From contig CP075494.1 in the NCBI GenBank assembly GCA_021613535.1, positions 3,906,001 through 3,970,000 on the forward strand: a stretch of 64,000 nt of DNA. The letters run 5' to 3'. Below the pieces are notes generated by a model. It saw only the letters and a program-made list of their open reading frames with translations, did no database searches and was not told where the DNA came from. Of the stretch, positions 39,105-52,331 are shown in pieces. This DNA is from Adineta vaga (Eukaryota > Animalia > Rotifera). Numbering within the stretch: the first letter of the stretch is position 1; each line of letters opens with the position of its first letter. Both the position numbers and the translations under genes were made by a program.

Positions 39105-40850
39105 TTAACGAATCCATAGACGAATATATTTCATAAATCGTGCATCTCTGTTGATGATAACACATGGTAAACGAGCTCGTAACCATATAATCAATTCATC
39201 ATCGATCGGAAATAATGTCGATCTATTTTCCCATTGATCATCTTGACAATGAACTTTTAACGTACGAAGATTTGGTAATCCATCAACTAGATCGATAATA
39301 TTGGTTCGCTTGTCGATAATCAAAGAAAGAAATTCACATTGAAGACCTAATGGTGAGTTCATTAAGACAGAACATTTGTAAGTGTTGAAAGACGTTGTAA
39401 TATTATTGATCGAACAGCATGCATTTTGAAAATGAAGTGGTCGAATTGAACGACTGATGAGATTCAATGGTATCTCTTGAACAAACAATGGAAACCAAGC
39501 TAGTATCTCTAATGAATACAGATGAGGTGCTCGATCGATTAATTTTTGTAGTTGATGTACAGCCAGATTAGCATCGATCAATGGAAAACATCCAACTTCA
39601 AGAATCATTAATCTATCAAATTGTGGTAAGTTAGATAAGATGAAATCAGTGAAAGGTAATGTTAGATGAAGATGTCGAATATACGAAAAATACATATACG
39701 TGCGTGCAAATGCAAAGTGAATTAAGGATGGCAAATAATCATATTCTGATGGACATGTCGATTTAGTACGAGTAGTATAGCTCGATGGTTGAATAACAAA
39801 ATAATCTGAATGCTCAGGAAGTGTGTAAAGAAAAATTTCACTTTTAACATTATCTGGTGTCCATTGACATCGAACAAACCATTGATGGTCTTCAATCCAA
39901 AAAGGAGTACGATATGAATCAAATAAAGTATCAATGGTCTTCTCAATATCATTACAATCAATCGATTTATAGCTCATGAAAAAACCGAATATTTTAAGTT
40001 TTGGTAGATAATCAACAATAAGTTCTTTCCATTGATGACCATTGATGACAACATTTGCAGTTTTAACTATCAAACATAATAAATTCGGTGTATTTTGTAG
40101 CAGATTGAACATTGCTCTAGAGTTGTCTGACACGAAAAGCTGTAAAGCAGTGATATATTGAATTGAAGATTTCAATTGTTTATCAACGATAATATCAGGC
40201 AGACAAACATCTAGTCGATGAATATTCGGCGTAGATCGTAATAATTCAAAGAATTCGTTCCATTGCCATTTAACATGTGGAATCGATACACATCTAATAG
40301 ATTCAGATATGCGTATTGGTATAAAAATGTGATTATTATGCATAAATCTGAAGTCTAATACACAATGAGTAAGTTTTGGTAGAGACCAAAGACATTTGAT
40401 AGTATCATAATGAGATTTATTATAATTTTCAAAGTAACATTCGATGAAACGACAATGAGTTAAATGATGAAGATGACCGCATTGTGAGATAATTTTAGTT
40501 AATAATTCATTTGAACAAACAGAATGAAATGAAAGTGATCGTAAATGAATAAATCGACGAAGAATAAAGTCATCTGTTAGAAACAAATCGATTTGACATG
40601 GTGTCTCATCGGTATTTGCAAGATAAAGAGCAACAATTTGATGAGTAATCAATGGAAGGTATTGTTGACATGTTAAATCAAACTCTTGTTTAGATACGAA
40701 ATGAAAATCGAAACTATGTTTTCGAAAATATTCAATGAGAAGTGTGTCGAAACGAGAGTTAAGATTGTAAAAAGCACGAAATAAATAAATGCCATTGAGA
40801 TATTCAAACAATAATAATAATAATTCGTTAGCTAATAATTCGAGACTCAT
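39105..40850 (-). CDS. F-box/LRR-like protein (lineage-expanded family)
   Basis: MSLELLANELLLLLFEYL...LNSRF, FRTPFW-type motif YRTPFWIEDHQWFVRC, FLYTLP; ends LWIR. Confidence 0.85.
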   Translation of the reverse strand: MSLELLANELLLLLFEYLNGIYLFRAFYNLNSRFDTLLIEYFRKHSFDFHFVSKQEFDLTCQQYLPLITHQIVALYLANTDETPCQIDLFLTDDFILRRFIHLRSLSFHSVCSNELLTKIISQCGHLHHLTHCRFIECYFENYNKSHYDTIKCLWSLPKLTHCVLDFRFMHNNHIFIPIRISESIRCVSIPHVKWQWNEFFELLRSTPNIHRLDVCLPDIIVDKQLKSSIQYITALQLFVSDNSRAMFNLLQNTPNLLCLIVKTANVVINGHQWKELIVDYLPKLKIFGFFMSYKSIDCNDIEKTIDTLFDSYRTPFWIEDHQWFVRCQWTPDNVKSEIFLYTLPEHSDYFVIQPSSYTTRTKSTCPSEYDYLPSLIHFAFARTYMYFSYIRHLHLTLPFTDFILSNLPQFDRLMILEVGCFPLIDANLAVHQLQKLIDRAPHLYSLEILAWFPLFVQEIPLNLISRSIRPLHFQNACCSINNITTSFNTYKCSVLMNSPLGLQCEFLSLIIDKRTNIIDLVDGLPNLRTLKVHCQDDQWENRSTLFPIDDELIIWLRARLPCVIINRDARFMKYIRLWIR

Positions 40851-41064
40851 CTTCGATAGAACGTGCAACAGAAAAGAAATTATTCATTATGTTGCTCTTT
40901 ATAAAGATCGATTGCCTCGCAGAGAATATGTCACTTATTTTTGCCGTCGTCGGGCAACACATAGATCGTACGACGATAAAGAACAAGCGTCATATTAATC
41001 GGTTATTTCCTCCGAATTTTATTGCTTGAATGTGATGAAAAATTCTCATACAGTTTCGACAAAA

Positions 41065-44000
41065 TCATTCATCTTTCCAATTTAGTTGCACATTTCGCAT
41101 TACTAAGTCTTCGATACGTGTCCATGTCTTAGTAATTAAACAATAACTAACGTCAAGCTTTATTATCGTCTAAATTGAAAAGAAAAGAAAATTATTGATC
41201 ATTCAATAGTGAAACAATGAAAACTACTTTATTCTGTTCTAATGCTTCAACAAGGAAATGCGATCCTTTCTCTCCAATACCAGTGTTTCTAATATCCAAT
41301 GCGGTTAATGTCTATTTCAAAGCGAAAGTCAAACTATGTTAAAATCATAATAATCAGATTAAATACTGTGTTATTCTCTAAAATATTGGCAATATATTGT
41401 GCACCTGTATCTCCGATTTGATTACCAGCTAGATTCAATGTAGTCAATATCTAGTAGGAATAAGAAGACAAATCTATAAAGTAGAGTTGGAAAATAATTA
41501 ATACTGTGTGATTTCGCACTGTCTCAGAATGACGTAATCCATGTTCTTGGATAATATTGTTGCTAAGATCGATCCTACTCAACGTCTAATATGTTAGATG
41601 GAGAATAGAATGAGAAGAGAAGAGAGACGGGATGATTATTACTGTATTTTTCCGTAGTGTCTCAGAGAAATATTGTGCTCCTTGATCTCTAATAGTATTG
41701 CCACCAAGAATTATCGTTGTCAATGTCGTATTGTTTTGTATTGCATCAGCCAGATATTGTGCTCCATTGATACCAATCTGATTTCGTTCAAGATTGAGTG
41801 AGATCAATGTCTATGTTAGAATATTAAACCACATCCGAGATAATTACAGAAAAAAAATCATCATTACCTTACTATTTCGTAGTACATCAGCTAAATATTC
41901 TGCTGCATGACTATTGATTTGATTACCGCTGAGATCCAGTGTAGTTAATGTCTATGCAATAGATCTTGATAATAAGTACGAAAGATGGAGAGAAAAAAAT
42001 TCGAATTACTGTATTGTTACGCAATGCATTTGCGAGGAATCGAACTCCATCTATGCCAATATTATTTGTTGGAAGGATAAGTGTAGTTAATGTCTATCAG
42101 ATAGAATCAATACAAATACATGAAAATGTTGAAAATACGATAGATATCACTGTGTTTCTCATAAGAGCATTAGCAAGATGTTGTGTTCCTTCATTTCCAA
42201 TTTGATTCCGTCCAAGATCGAGAATAGTTAAAGCCTGCTCGAATAGATCAGACAGATAGAAAAAAGGTACGAAAAAGTGACTTTTACTCTATTCTGCTGC
42301 AAAGCACGTGCAAGATATTCTGCTCCTTGGTTCTTGGTTGCATTGTTTTGTAGACTAAGTGTAGTTATTGTCTGTTTCACAAAACAATAATAAGAGGAAA
42401 TACAAACAAAATAAGAATTACCAAGTTATGCTGGAGCGCATTGAAAAGCTGCTTGATGCCTTGTTCTGTGATACTATTACGTCCAAGATCGAGCTTAGTC
42501 AACGTCTATTGAAAAAAAACACATGTATACCTATAGAAGACCAAGAGCATAATAAAAATCACCGTGTTCTTCGTTATTGCATCAGCGAGATATTGTACAC
42601 CCGTATCGTCGACTTGATTGTATTCAATATCTAGTGTAGCCAATGTCTATTTCAAGAAATAAAAGAAAAATAAAAGAGATTCGAAGAGAGAGTGAATGTC
42701 ACCGCATTTTTTAGCAATGCAAAAGCGATACATCGTATTCCTTCGTTGCTGATAGATATACATCCAAGTTTCAAATCAGTCAACGTCTATTTAACAAAAT
42801 CGTGATACATAACAACCTCAAGGGAAAAGTTATCATTACCATATTCGTTAGCAGTGCATCAGCAAGATAAAATGCTCCTTGATCTTTAATTTCATTGAAT
42901 GAGAGATCAAGTTTGAACAGTGTCTGTAAAATACAATGAATATAGATGTGGAATAACAATAAGAGGCATATAGAACTTACTTTATTGTGTAGTAGTACAT
43001 CGACAAAATATTGTACTCCTTGCTCCGTTATAAAATTTTGTCGGAGGCTAAGTGAAGTTAATGTCTTTCAAAAAAAGAATGGGAGTAGATAAATGAAAGA
43101 TAACATAAAATTTGTTGATACCTTATTTTCTCTCAGTGCATTTACAAGATAGAAAGCTCCTTGATCATCGATACTACTGGAATCAAGTGCAAGCGAATGC
43201 AGTCTCTTTTATAAAGAAACAATGATCATTATATAGATAGTAAGATAATAAATGTTACCGTATCAGTTCGTAATGCTTCAGCGAGATACTGAGTACCTAA
43301 ATTACCGATACGTTGTGTCAAAGTGAGACGTGTTAAGGTCTACATACAACATAAAAAATATTGAAAATGGGCATTTCTTATGTTCCAAGAAATCGATACA
43401 TACTTCTGCGATGATCATTTTGCTTGTTTCATTTGTCCATCTTCTGGTCAGAAGACGGATATTACTCGTGGATGATATTTCACATCGAAATACGGTTTCT
43501 ACATCATCATTCTCATCTACGTTCGTATAAAGTCTGATTTCAGAAACGCCAAATCGTTTTTTCATTGTAAAATCACAAGTGACTAACCAACGTTTATGAT
43601 CAAGCCAAAATGGTGATTGAAATGTCTTAATAATGGAACTAAGACTAGGAGCCTGCTTTTCCTGGAGAGGCGAAATGATTTTGAAACAAAACTTGAATTT
43701 ATTTAACGAAGGTAATTTCGTTTGAATGAGTTCTTCCCAAAAATAACCGTCGAATATGGAATCAAAGCGGGACAAACATGAACCGAGTTTGAGATAAACA
43801 AGTGACGGGGTCGATGAAAGAACCAGCTGGAATTCTTCAATTGAATATCGACAGTTACTAATAGTCAGAGACGTCAACTGCGGGTAACATTCATTAGTCA
43901 AAGATAATGAAGGTTTTGTGTAAATATATTTCGATGCAGCAAACTGTATTATGAGTGTTTGTAGTTGAGATAAACGGCGAAGAATTAAGAAATAAATGTC

Positions 44001-44597
44001 ATAAGAACATTCTCTGATTGAGAGATATGATAGAGTGCAGTGAACAGGCCATGAAATCTCTGTAATATGATAGTTGTGATTTTCCAAATGAAACTTCTGA
44101 AGTCGATTATATTGAGCAAAGAATTTTGAGAGAATAGTGACAACATGATTTACTGGCGAATTGGATGCATTCGTACTAGAATAATTTAATTTATAAGAAT
44201 CGACTGTCAGCGAGACTAAAGAATCGGTGGCAAAATGTTCCAGAAATCGTTCCAGATTTGTTTCCTTGATTTGATCGAGAGTCAACGAATGCAGCCGAGT
44301 AAATTGAGTAATTTCAAATATTGAGAAGAATAAATCGATGTTGTCTGATGTTTGTTCGTCTTTGTCGGAAGCAATTATTGCAGTGACATATTCAGGTCGA
44401 ATAAAACGAGAAACAAATCTTAGATGTGATTGAGATATTGTAGTAAGATCAACACGAACTCGGTCATAGCTATTGATGGCAGCATTGAATCGTTTGCAAA
44501 CTAACGGTATCGATCTAAGAGCAGTCTGACTATCGAGATAATCAAAAATCCGATGAAGAATTTCAGTAGGTAAATTGATAAAAGTTACGTTCGACAT
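41065..44597 (-). CDS. F-box protein with C-terminal array of about 16 ribonuclease-inhibitor (NLRC3-like) LRRs
   Basis: Large first exon with LPTEILHRIFDYL and donor at 43403. It is followed by repeated ~84-nt exons TLT.L.L..N.I...G...LA.AL..N.T with ~140-bp period; stop at 41065-41067. Confidence 0.85.
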
Positions 44598-45514
44598 GAT
44601 TAATAATCTGAAAATATTTGGTTGACATAGTGGTGATTCAGTACAAGATGAGCAAGGAAAAAGTGAAAATCAGTTTTTATTACATGTTACTAGCAGCAGT
44701 GTCGTGTTTACGTGCTCTTTTTTTATACAGTATTCACACGTGTGTGAAAAAGGAAAGAAAAAAAGAAGAAAATGCGTCATTCGTACGTTTCATTTCATAC
44801 ATCTAGATATTATTTTTATAGAAAAAAACTGATCCTTTATTGCCAGCATAGTCTCCATATATAAATTATTAGTCCTTGTATTATGAAAAGAACTAATTTT
44901 TATTTCCAAAGTAGAAGTTCAAAAAAAGTAATGCTTCATTTAGCAATTAAGTACCACCTTGATATATGAGATCATTAAAATTCAAAGTGAAATGATAAAT
45001 CAATAAAATGTGGATATGAGTAGACAACACAAAATCACATCCACTCACATGCGTAACGTCAAAACAGTTCCTTCGGAGTAGTGACTTACAGTAATGGAAA
45101 CAAACACAGAACAAACTTACAAGTGTTACTTGCATTTATGGTTGATCGGTATTTGGTTTCTCTATTGATTTTGTATTGTTTTCTTTAGCCTAACCAATTC
45201 AAAGAAAGAAAAAAAGAAAGATTTCTTACTGGAGAGTAAAGGCATTAATTCTGTTGGAAATTTTGCTTTTATAAAATCTGGCTGGTAATTTTGAAATTCA
45301 TCAATTGAGTAATCTGAATCATACAACAAGGTGAGACTTGATTTAAAACTTGAAATTTTTACCCAGTAGGGTGCATCCACAAAAAAGACATATAATACTG
45401 GAGCTGTGATCTATATGAAAAGCATCAGAAATCGCTTTGACAATTTTTCGTTTCTACCTCTATACAATAATAAGGATTGTTCTTTTATTTAAGTTTTGAG
45501 TTGTTCGATAATTG

Positions 45515-48500
45515 ATGGCATCAAATGAAGAAATGCGTCGTTGGCGTGTTGAAATAACGTCTCTTCCTAAAGTCATTACCGTAGATCAATTAGCTTTATT
45601 ATTGCAGCTCGATGATGCCTCGCGTATTTACATTCCACAATGTCAGCCATCTTTAACTTATTATGCATGGATCAATAGCTTTGATAATGAACAAGATGCA
45701 AATGATTTTGCGCAGCAAAAATCAGGATTAATCCTTTCGAATTTATCCATAAAGTGTGTTGCAGTTAAACCGAAAGACGACGAAGCGAAAGAGAAACGTC
45801 AGCCACTAAGAGGTCTCGAGGATATTCAACCATTGATGAGATCTTCATCAATGAGTCTTATTCCAAACGACACTAATATAAGTGACTTTCCAGAGCATCA
45901 AGAACAAACAAACGAGAAATTTCATCGTCAGCAACAGCATCGAACTGCAAAAGAACGAGAAGGTAAGCTCTCATATTCACCTAAGAGAAGACAGTTAATT
46001 CAATAGAAAAATATAAATGCATTTTAGGAAGACCTGCGACACCAATTATTAAACCGAAGCTTCGCAATTCCTCCGCAAAAAGACAACTCATAGAGACAAT
46101 TGAGTTGAGTAGTGCTCAATATAATTTTCTTGAATCTTTTGGCAACAAAGTCATCGCTACGATTCGCAAGGAACCAGGTATCGTAGATGTGAAAGTCAAG
46201 GAAGGTAAACTTTACCTATCAGGACCCAGTTCCGTAATAATAAATGTGAAATCTTATTTAAATCAAACACTTCATGAGCAAAATGTAACAATTACTGCTG
46301 TATTGAAGCAATATTTGGAAAAATATGGTAAACCAACTTTTTTAAAGCGATTTTTACAAAAGTATTCTGTTGGAATATCTTCTACTCAAATATTAAGCAA
46401 CAGTCCGTTGACTGTTAAGAACACAACTATCAATAGACCTCTTGATAGTAATCCTGATGGAGATCAATCTGAAGATGATGACGATGATGCCAAAAGTGAT
46501 ATTTTAGGTGCGTCAGCAAATATCACAGCTGGCACCGTACATCTTAAATGCCGTCGTAGTCGTGCTCAAAATGTTTTTATTCAAGTAACATTATGCAGTG
46601 ATTCAGAAGATGTGTTATCTAAAGCCATCAAAACACTACGAAGTTATTCATTGCATGATCAATCAGAAGTATTAACACAAGATGAAATCACATTTATTGT
46701 AAGTCAATTGCCAAAAGGAAAACTTCCTTTACAAAAGAAGACTACAACTCGTGAGAAGTCTTTCCAAATCAAAGATTATCTCATACGATTCATTCAATCT
46801 AATACAAATTCAACCGTACAGATCTTTATAGATTATAAAAATGGTATATGGTATTTAAAAATGAGAGGATTCAAAGATCACGTGAGCAATGCTATGTCCA
46901 AGATAAAAAACTGGCTGAATGATAATGTCCAAACTGAAATACAACTTCCAATTTCAAAAGTAATGGCAATTTTTCTTCGAACAAAAGGTTCATCCGATAT
47001 TAAAAAGCTGGAAAAAACTTATTCTGTAAAGATTACTAGTTTCTCACCACGAATCTGTAAACATGCGAACGATGAGCAAGATGATGATGACGATGATCAT
47101 CATTGTTTAAAATTGACTGGTTCTACCTTACATATAAGTTTAGCACAAACAAATGTTGAAAATTTTCTTGATAACTTATTCGAACAAGAAAAAGATTTTT
47201 CTTGTCCTAGCTGGGATATTGCAAAGAATATTTCTCAAATTCTTCGTGGGCATCTGAAAAAAATACAAGACTCAGATGACAGTCACGTGATAGGCTGGAT
47301 TAAATCTTATACGACAGCTGAAAGACTGGATACATTACCAAAAATCACTTTAACATCAGTTGGTCGAAATGCAGAAGCAGTGGATGATGTCCTTGAACAA
47401 TGTCAAGGTGTTATCGACGGATATGTTGTTTGGAAACCGTCTTCAGACGAATATCGTGCGATAAAAAATGCATTACTAGGGAGAAAAACACCGTCTATCG
47501 ATGAATTTCAACAACAATGGAATACTAATATACGTATGGATCGGGAAACGAGTACGATCATCATTCCTGCAAGATCAAAAATAATTGCGGATGATATTAA
47601 AGAAGCTTTGTTGAATTTAACTGAAGAAACGAAAACACAAATAAATCGTATCTCTGAGTGCATTCCTATTCCATCCACGATTCGTCGTTTTGTAAATCAA
47701 ACTATCGATTCTGTACTCGAAGAAGCCAGATCACAAAGAGTTTATATAGAATCGAAAAATCCTAATAGAATAACATTCCATGGTCGTTCTGATATTGTCA
47801 CTGAATTGAAACAAAAGATGAATTCAATTATCGATGATATTCAAGCAAAAAGTATTACGCATCGATTGACATTATCAACAATCGAGTCGGACTTTATGCG
47901 TGCGGAAAAATACAAATATCCAACTCGTATTGAACGAGACACAGATACTGTCATTCGAGATATTAAAGCCGATACAGCTACTTCCTCATCGAAGATTATC
48001 GATGATGATTTCCACTCGACTCTAACTACAATTGTCAATCATCGTGGTCAAACCATTGTCGTTGAAAAAGGTGATATTACAAAGGTTAATAATGTCGATG
48101 CGATTGTTAATTCAGCAAATGGATCATTGTATCATGCGGGTGGTGTCGATAAAGCAATTGCTGATGCTGCTGGTCCGACAATAGTTCAAGAATGTCAACA
48201 AATAATTGCTCGAAACAATGGTATGCCTATTGCGGCAGGTAAAGCAGTAAAAACAACAGCTGGAAATCTTCCTTTCAAATGTATTATTCATGCCATTGGT
48301 CCTCAATATACTGATGGAAATCGACACGAACGTCCACTTCTATTTTCGAGCATCTTGAAAAGTTTACAATTGGCTGAAGATGAAGGTTGCAAAAGCATTG
48401 CTATACCAGCAATCAGTTCGAAAACTTATGGTTTTCCGTTAACGGATTGTACAAATATTCTTGTTCGTGCAGTTAAACAATTCTTTGCTGATTATCCACA

Positions 48501-49959
48501 ATCAAAGATGAGAAAAGTAGTTTTTTTAGATCTTGATGATACAGTTTGTAATTCATTTGCACGTGAATTAGTTGTTGATCATAGCAACACAGTTTTAGAC
48601 AATGATGATAATGATCTTGTCAATTTTGAACTACCTCCATTAACTGCTAGATGGTGTTGGCAAGACGATTATGATGAAAAATTATGTACTGATAATGATA
48701 TTCGTACAATTGAAAATGCATTTCAACAATATTTGAAAACTTTTACTCCATCAAATTTAAAAATTGCTCCCGATAATTTAAGGAGTGGTACTATTGTTAT
48801 TTATAGCATCCATTTCATTCCTGATCTAAAACGAATATTAATAAGTAACCCAAATGCACTCAATAGTCGACTTGTATGCGGATATCAAATGAGAGAGAAT
48901 ACTGGTTATAAAAGACATCTCATTCGTTACCCAATAGAAGTAATACAACAACAACAACAACGAATAAATCAAACAAAACGTATTGCATATCATCCAAAAC
49001 CATTAGATTCATATGAATTACAGACAAAAACCACAGAAGAGTATTGGGATATTATTGGTATGACGAATGCGTCAATAGTGCAAGCAGAAAAAGCAATTAA
49101 AGCAAGTATTCATTCAGCTACTGTTTCCGAATCTTTCTCGATAAATCTCAACAAAGACATTGACGTTCATAAGAGCGAACTCATGAAAATTGCCATTCAA
49201 GTACAAATCGAAATTATTTTCGAAGAACCATCTTCCCAACAACTATCAATGATATTGAAAGGATTAAAAGCGAATGTATCAGATGCAAAATTAAAAATTG
49301 CTTTATATGCTCAAGATATTTTAACAACGCAAGTTGAAAATGATGATGAATTACGCATACCAAAAGAATGGGGTGATCAAAAAGAAGAATGCAAATTAGT
49401 TGAAATCAGTAAGAATGATCAGAATTTTATTCGAATTGAAAATCGGATGAAAGAAACAATGTTAGACATTAAAATCGACAAAATCGAACGAATACAAAAT
49501 GTACGACTTTGGAGTCACTATGCATTTCGTCGTCGAGAAATGAAAAAAGAACTTCGTATTATGCCAAATCTACAAATTGAAATGGAACTCTTTCATGGAA
49601 CAAGAGATGCATTACCCAGTGAAGTTTATAATGGTGATTGTGGGTTTGATATGAGATTTAGTACAAGTGGAATATGGGGAATTGGAACCTATTTTGCACA
49701 AAAAGCTTCATACTCTTGTAATAGTTATGCATATAGTACGCCAAATGGTAAAAAACAAGTGTTTTTAGCACAAGTTTTGACAGGAGATGTGTATGATTGT
49801 CAACCAAATGGATCTTTACGTCATCCTCCGAAGAAAAATGAGCGAGTCTCTGGTCTAAGATATAATAGTGTATCAGGCGATACAGGAGGAAGTAAAGTTT
49901 ATATTGTGTATGAGAATCGTGTCGCTTATCCGACTTATTTAATCACTTTCAGTTCATAA
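45515..49959 (+). CDS. Macro-PARP (PARP14/15-like): RRM-like, KH-like, macro, WWE-like and ART domains
   Basis: Macro motifs GDITK..DAIVNSAN..LYHAGGVDKAI, HAIGP and SIAIPAISS. WCWQDD is WWE-like. ART motifs LFHGT, GIGTYFA and VYIVY...YPTYLI. Intron ~45963-46027. Confidence 0.9.
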
Positions 49960-50026
49960 ATTTTTCATTTTGAATAAACTTTTATTCTACTACTAAAAAT
50001 CTATTTCAATCTATTAAAATATACTT

Positions 50027-52078
50027 TTAGTTTGTTTTTTTAATAAACGATGAATGGCCATACTTTTCTAACCATTTCAGTTCTTCTCGAACTTTAATTT
50101 TTCCATGCCAAGGATCTTCAATTAATGCATGCCCTTCATTTGGGAAAAGTAATAATTCAACTGGAACTCCTAAATAATGTAGGCCGCGTTCTAACATATA
50201 ACTTTGATCAATTGGAACTCGAATGTCATTTGCGCCAGTAACAATATGTGTTGGCGTACAAACTTTATCAAGTTGATAGAGAGATGATTTATGTAGATAT
50301 TTATGTGGTATTTCCCAAGGTAATCCACCAATGATTACTTTGACAAACTCAGATAAATCTATTCTACCCCAAAAAGAAGCATAATCAACTACTCCAGCAC
50401 CAGACAGAGCAGCATTGAATTGGGTGGTTTGTGTAATTAACCAATTAGTTAAAATTCCACCATAACTGAAACCACCAATAGTAAGTCTATGTGGATCAAC
50501 AATTCCATCTTGAATTAAACGATCAATACCAGTTAAAATATCTTTTCCTGGTCGATCTAATGAATAACCAATGACTTCGTTCACAAATTGATCACCATAT
50601 CCAGTTGATCCTCGATAATTGGGTTCTAATACTAACCATCCTTCTGTTGCTGCCATAGGAGCCCAACTATACCAATCTGGTTGGAAGAAATTGAGACTAG
50701 CATCAGTAGGACCGCCATGAATAAGTACAAGTAATGGTAAATTCTTGCCTCGAAAATTTCCCACTGGATAATGTAGAATACCTTCAATCGTACGATTATC
50801 ATTTGGATTAATCCATTGATATGGTTCTGCTTTAGGTAATTCTCGTTGAGTAAAAAGGAAATTATCATTTGTAATGACCTTTGCTGATCGAAGGTTTTCA
50901 ATGGAATTGACAAAATAGACTTCTTCGGGTTGTTCAAACGATGAGTAACTAAATGCTAAGGATAATTTTCGTTTCTGTAATGATGAAGATATAGTGTGAT
51001 AAGTTCCATTCCATCCATCTAATAAAGTGGAATCTTTCAATGAGGATTGTTGCATATAAATGTGTACATTTGTTCCTAATTGTCCAAGATAGTAAACACC
51101 ACCGTCAGATCGAATTGTATATCCTCTAATACTTCCAGAAAAATCTTTTCCCCATTGATTAATTTGTCCATTAGTTAAATCAACTGAATACAATCGTAAT
51201 TGTGTCCAAGGTCCATGCTTTGTTCCAAGTGGAAACATTTGAAAGAATACGTGTTTACCATCTACTGACAGTTGTGGACTGAGTTCTAAACCTTCGTTAG
51301 TTGTTAATCTAGTTAAATTATATAGGTTATGTAAATCAAGTGAATATAATTCAAAAACATCGGTTTCTTCAACAATAATTGCACCCGATAATAAAATAAG
51401 TTTCTCTTTGCATGGAGTAAATAATAATTCGCTCACTAGAAAATTTATACTCTTAATGGGAATAATGGTAACATATGTTCGTCGCTTTCTTCGGTGAATA
51501 TCAATACGATAAATGCTGCTATTATCACTAGGTTTTGGATGACGATATCGAATAACATCTTTCCATTCATTTTCATCGTTTGTTTTATTATTATTGTTAT
51601 TGTTGTTGTTGTCTTCAGTCATTAATGACGTGAAATAAAGACAACTCTCATCATTCGACCATGTTAGAGCAGTTGGAATTTTATTACCAAGGTCAATAAA
51701 GAACGATTCATCTTTGATAACATGATAGAGTTGAAGATGTTGTTCTACTTTTGAATTGGTAGAAGAATTTTGATTGATTAAGAATGCAATGATATCTCCG
51801 TCTGGGGACCATTTTGGTGTAATGATTTGAGATAGTTGATTTGTGATTAATTTTCTTTCTCGGGATCGTTTAGTTGAATAAAGCCATAGACTGTTCTCAA
51901 ATTTATTCGACTCCCATGCTGGAGTCTTAGTATGAACGAGTACATAACGGCCATTTGGTGAGAGATTTATTGATGGAAAAGAAGTCGAATTAAAAAATTC
52001 ATCGAGAGTTAGTTTTGGATATATTTGAATCGACAAACATGATGAGAATGTCACTAAGATTAACAGATACAACTTCAT
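50027..52078 (-). CDS. Secreted S9-family (prolyl oligopeptidase / acylaminoacyl-peptidase-like) serine peptidase
   Basis: Signal peptide, beta-propeller repeats (WSPDG), IHGGP, NYRGSTGYG, nucleophile GFSYGG, DIRV and EGH; intronless. Confidence 0.9.
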   Translation of the reverse strand: MKLYLLILVTFSSCLSIQIYPKLTLDEFFNSTSFPSINLSPNGRYVLVHTKTPAWESNKFENSLWLYSTKRSRERKLITNQLSQIITPKWSPDGDIIAFLINQNSSTNSKVEQHLQLYHVIKDESFFIDLGNKIPTALTWSNDESCLYFTSLMTEDNNNNNNNNKTNDENEWKDVIRYRHPKPSDNSSIYRIDIHRRKRRTYVTIIPIKSINFLVSELLFTPCKEKLILLSGAIIVEETDVFELYSLDLHNLYNLTRLTTNEGLELSPQLSVDGKHVFFQMFPLGTKHGPWTQLRLYSVDLTNGQINQWGKDFSGSIRGYTIRSDGGVYYLGQLGTNVHIYMQQSSLKDSTLLDGWNGTYHTISSSLQKRKLSLAFSYSSFEQPEEVYFVNSIENLRSAKVITNDNFLFTQRELPKAEPYQWINPNDNRTIEGILHYPVGNFRGKNLPLLVLIHGGPTDASLNFFQPDWYSWAPMAATEGWLVLEPNYRGSTGYGDQFVNEVIGYSLDRPGKDILTGIDRLIQDGIVDPHRLTIGGFSYGGILTNWLITQTTQFNAALSGAGVVDYASFWGRIDLSEFVKVIIGGLPWEIPHKYLHKSSLYQLDKVCTPTHIVTGANDIRVPIDQSYMLERGLHYLGVPVELLLFPNEGHALIEDPWHGKIKVREELKWLEKYGHSSFIKKTN

Positions 52079-52331
52079 CTCGTCTTGTACAAACTCAAAA
52101 TGACAATATTTCTACCACAAACAGATGTCTTTTTTCTCTTCATCTTTCGATATTGTTAGATCTTAGGATTAACATTTATCGTGATCAAAAATATTTGAAT
52201 AAATGTCACAAATACCACATTGTAAAGTTAACAGCTTAAGAATACGAAATACTTTTATTTTTCTTTTATAAAAAGTAGAACAATGACAAGTTCGATAAGG
52301 GTGAGAGTATGATTTGATAGATCATCAACAC

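Noticed and set aside
41200-43340. ~140-bp periodicity resembling a CRISPR or satellite array
   Set aside because: Explained by LRR exons plus introns; no identical repeats and no cas genes.
45162-45380. 72-aa minus ORF, possible orphan exon
   Set aside because: No start, family or linked exons could be established.
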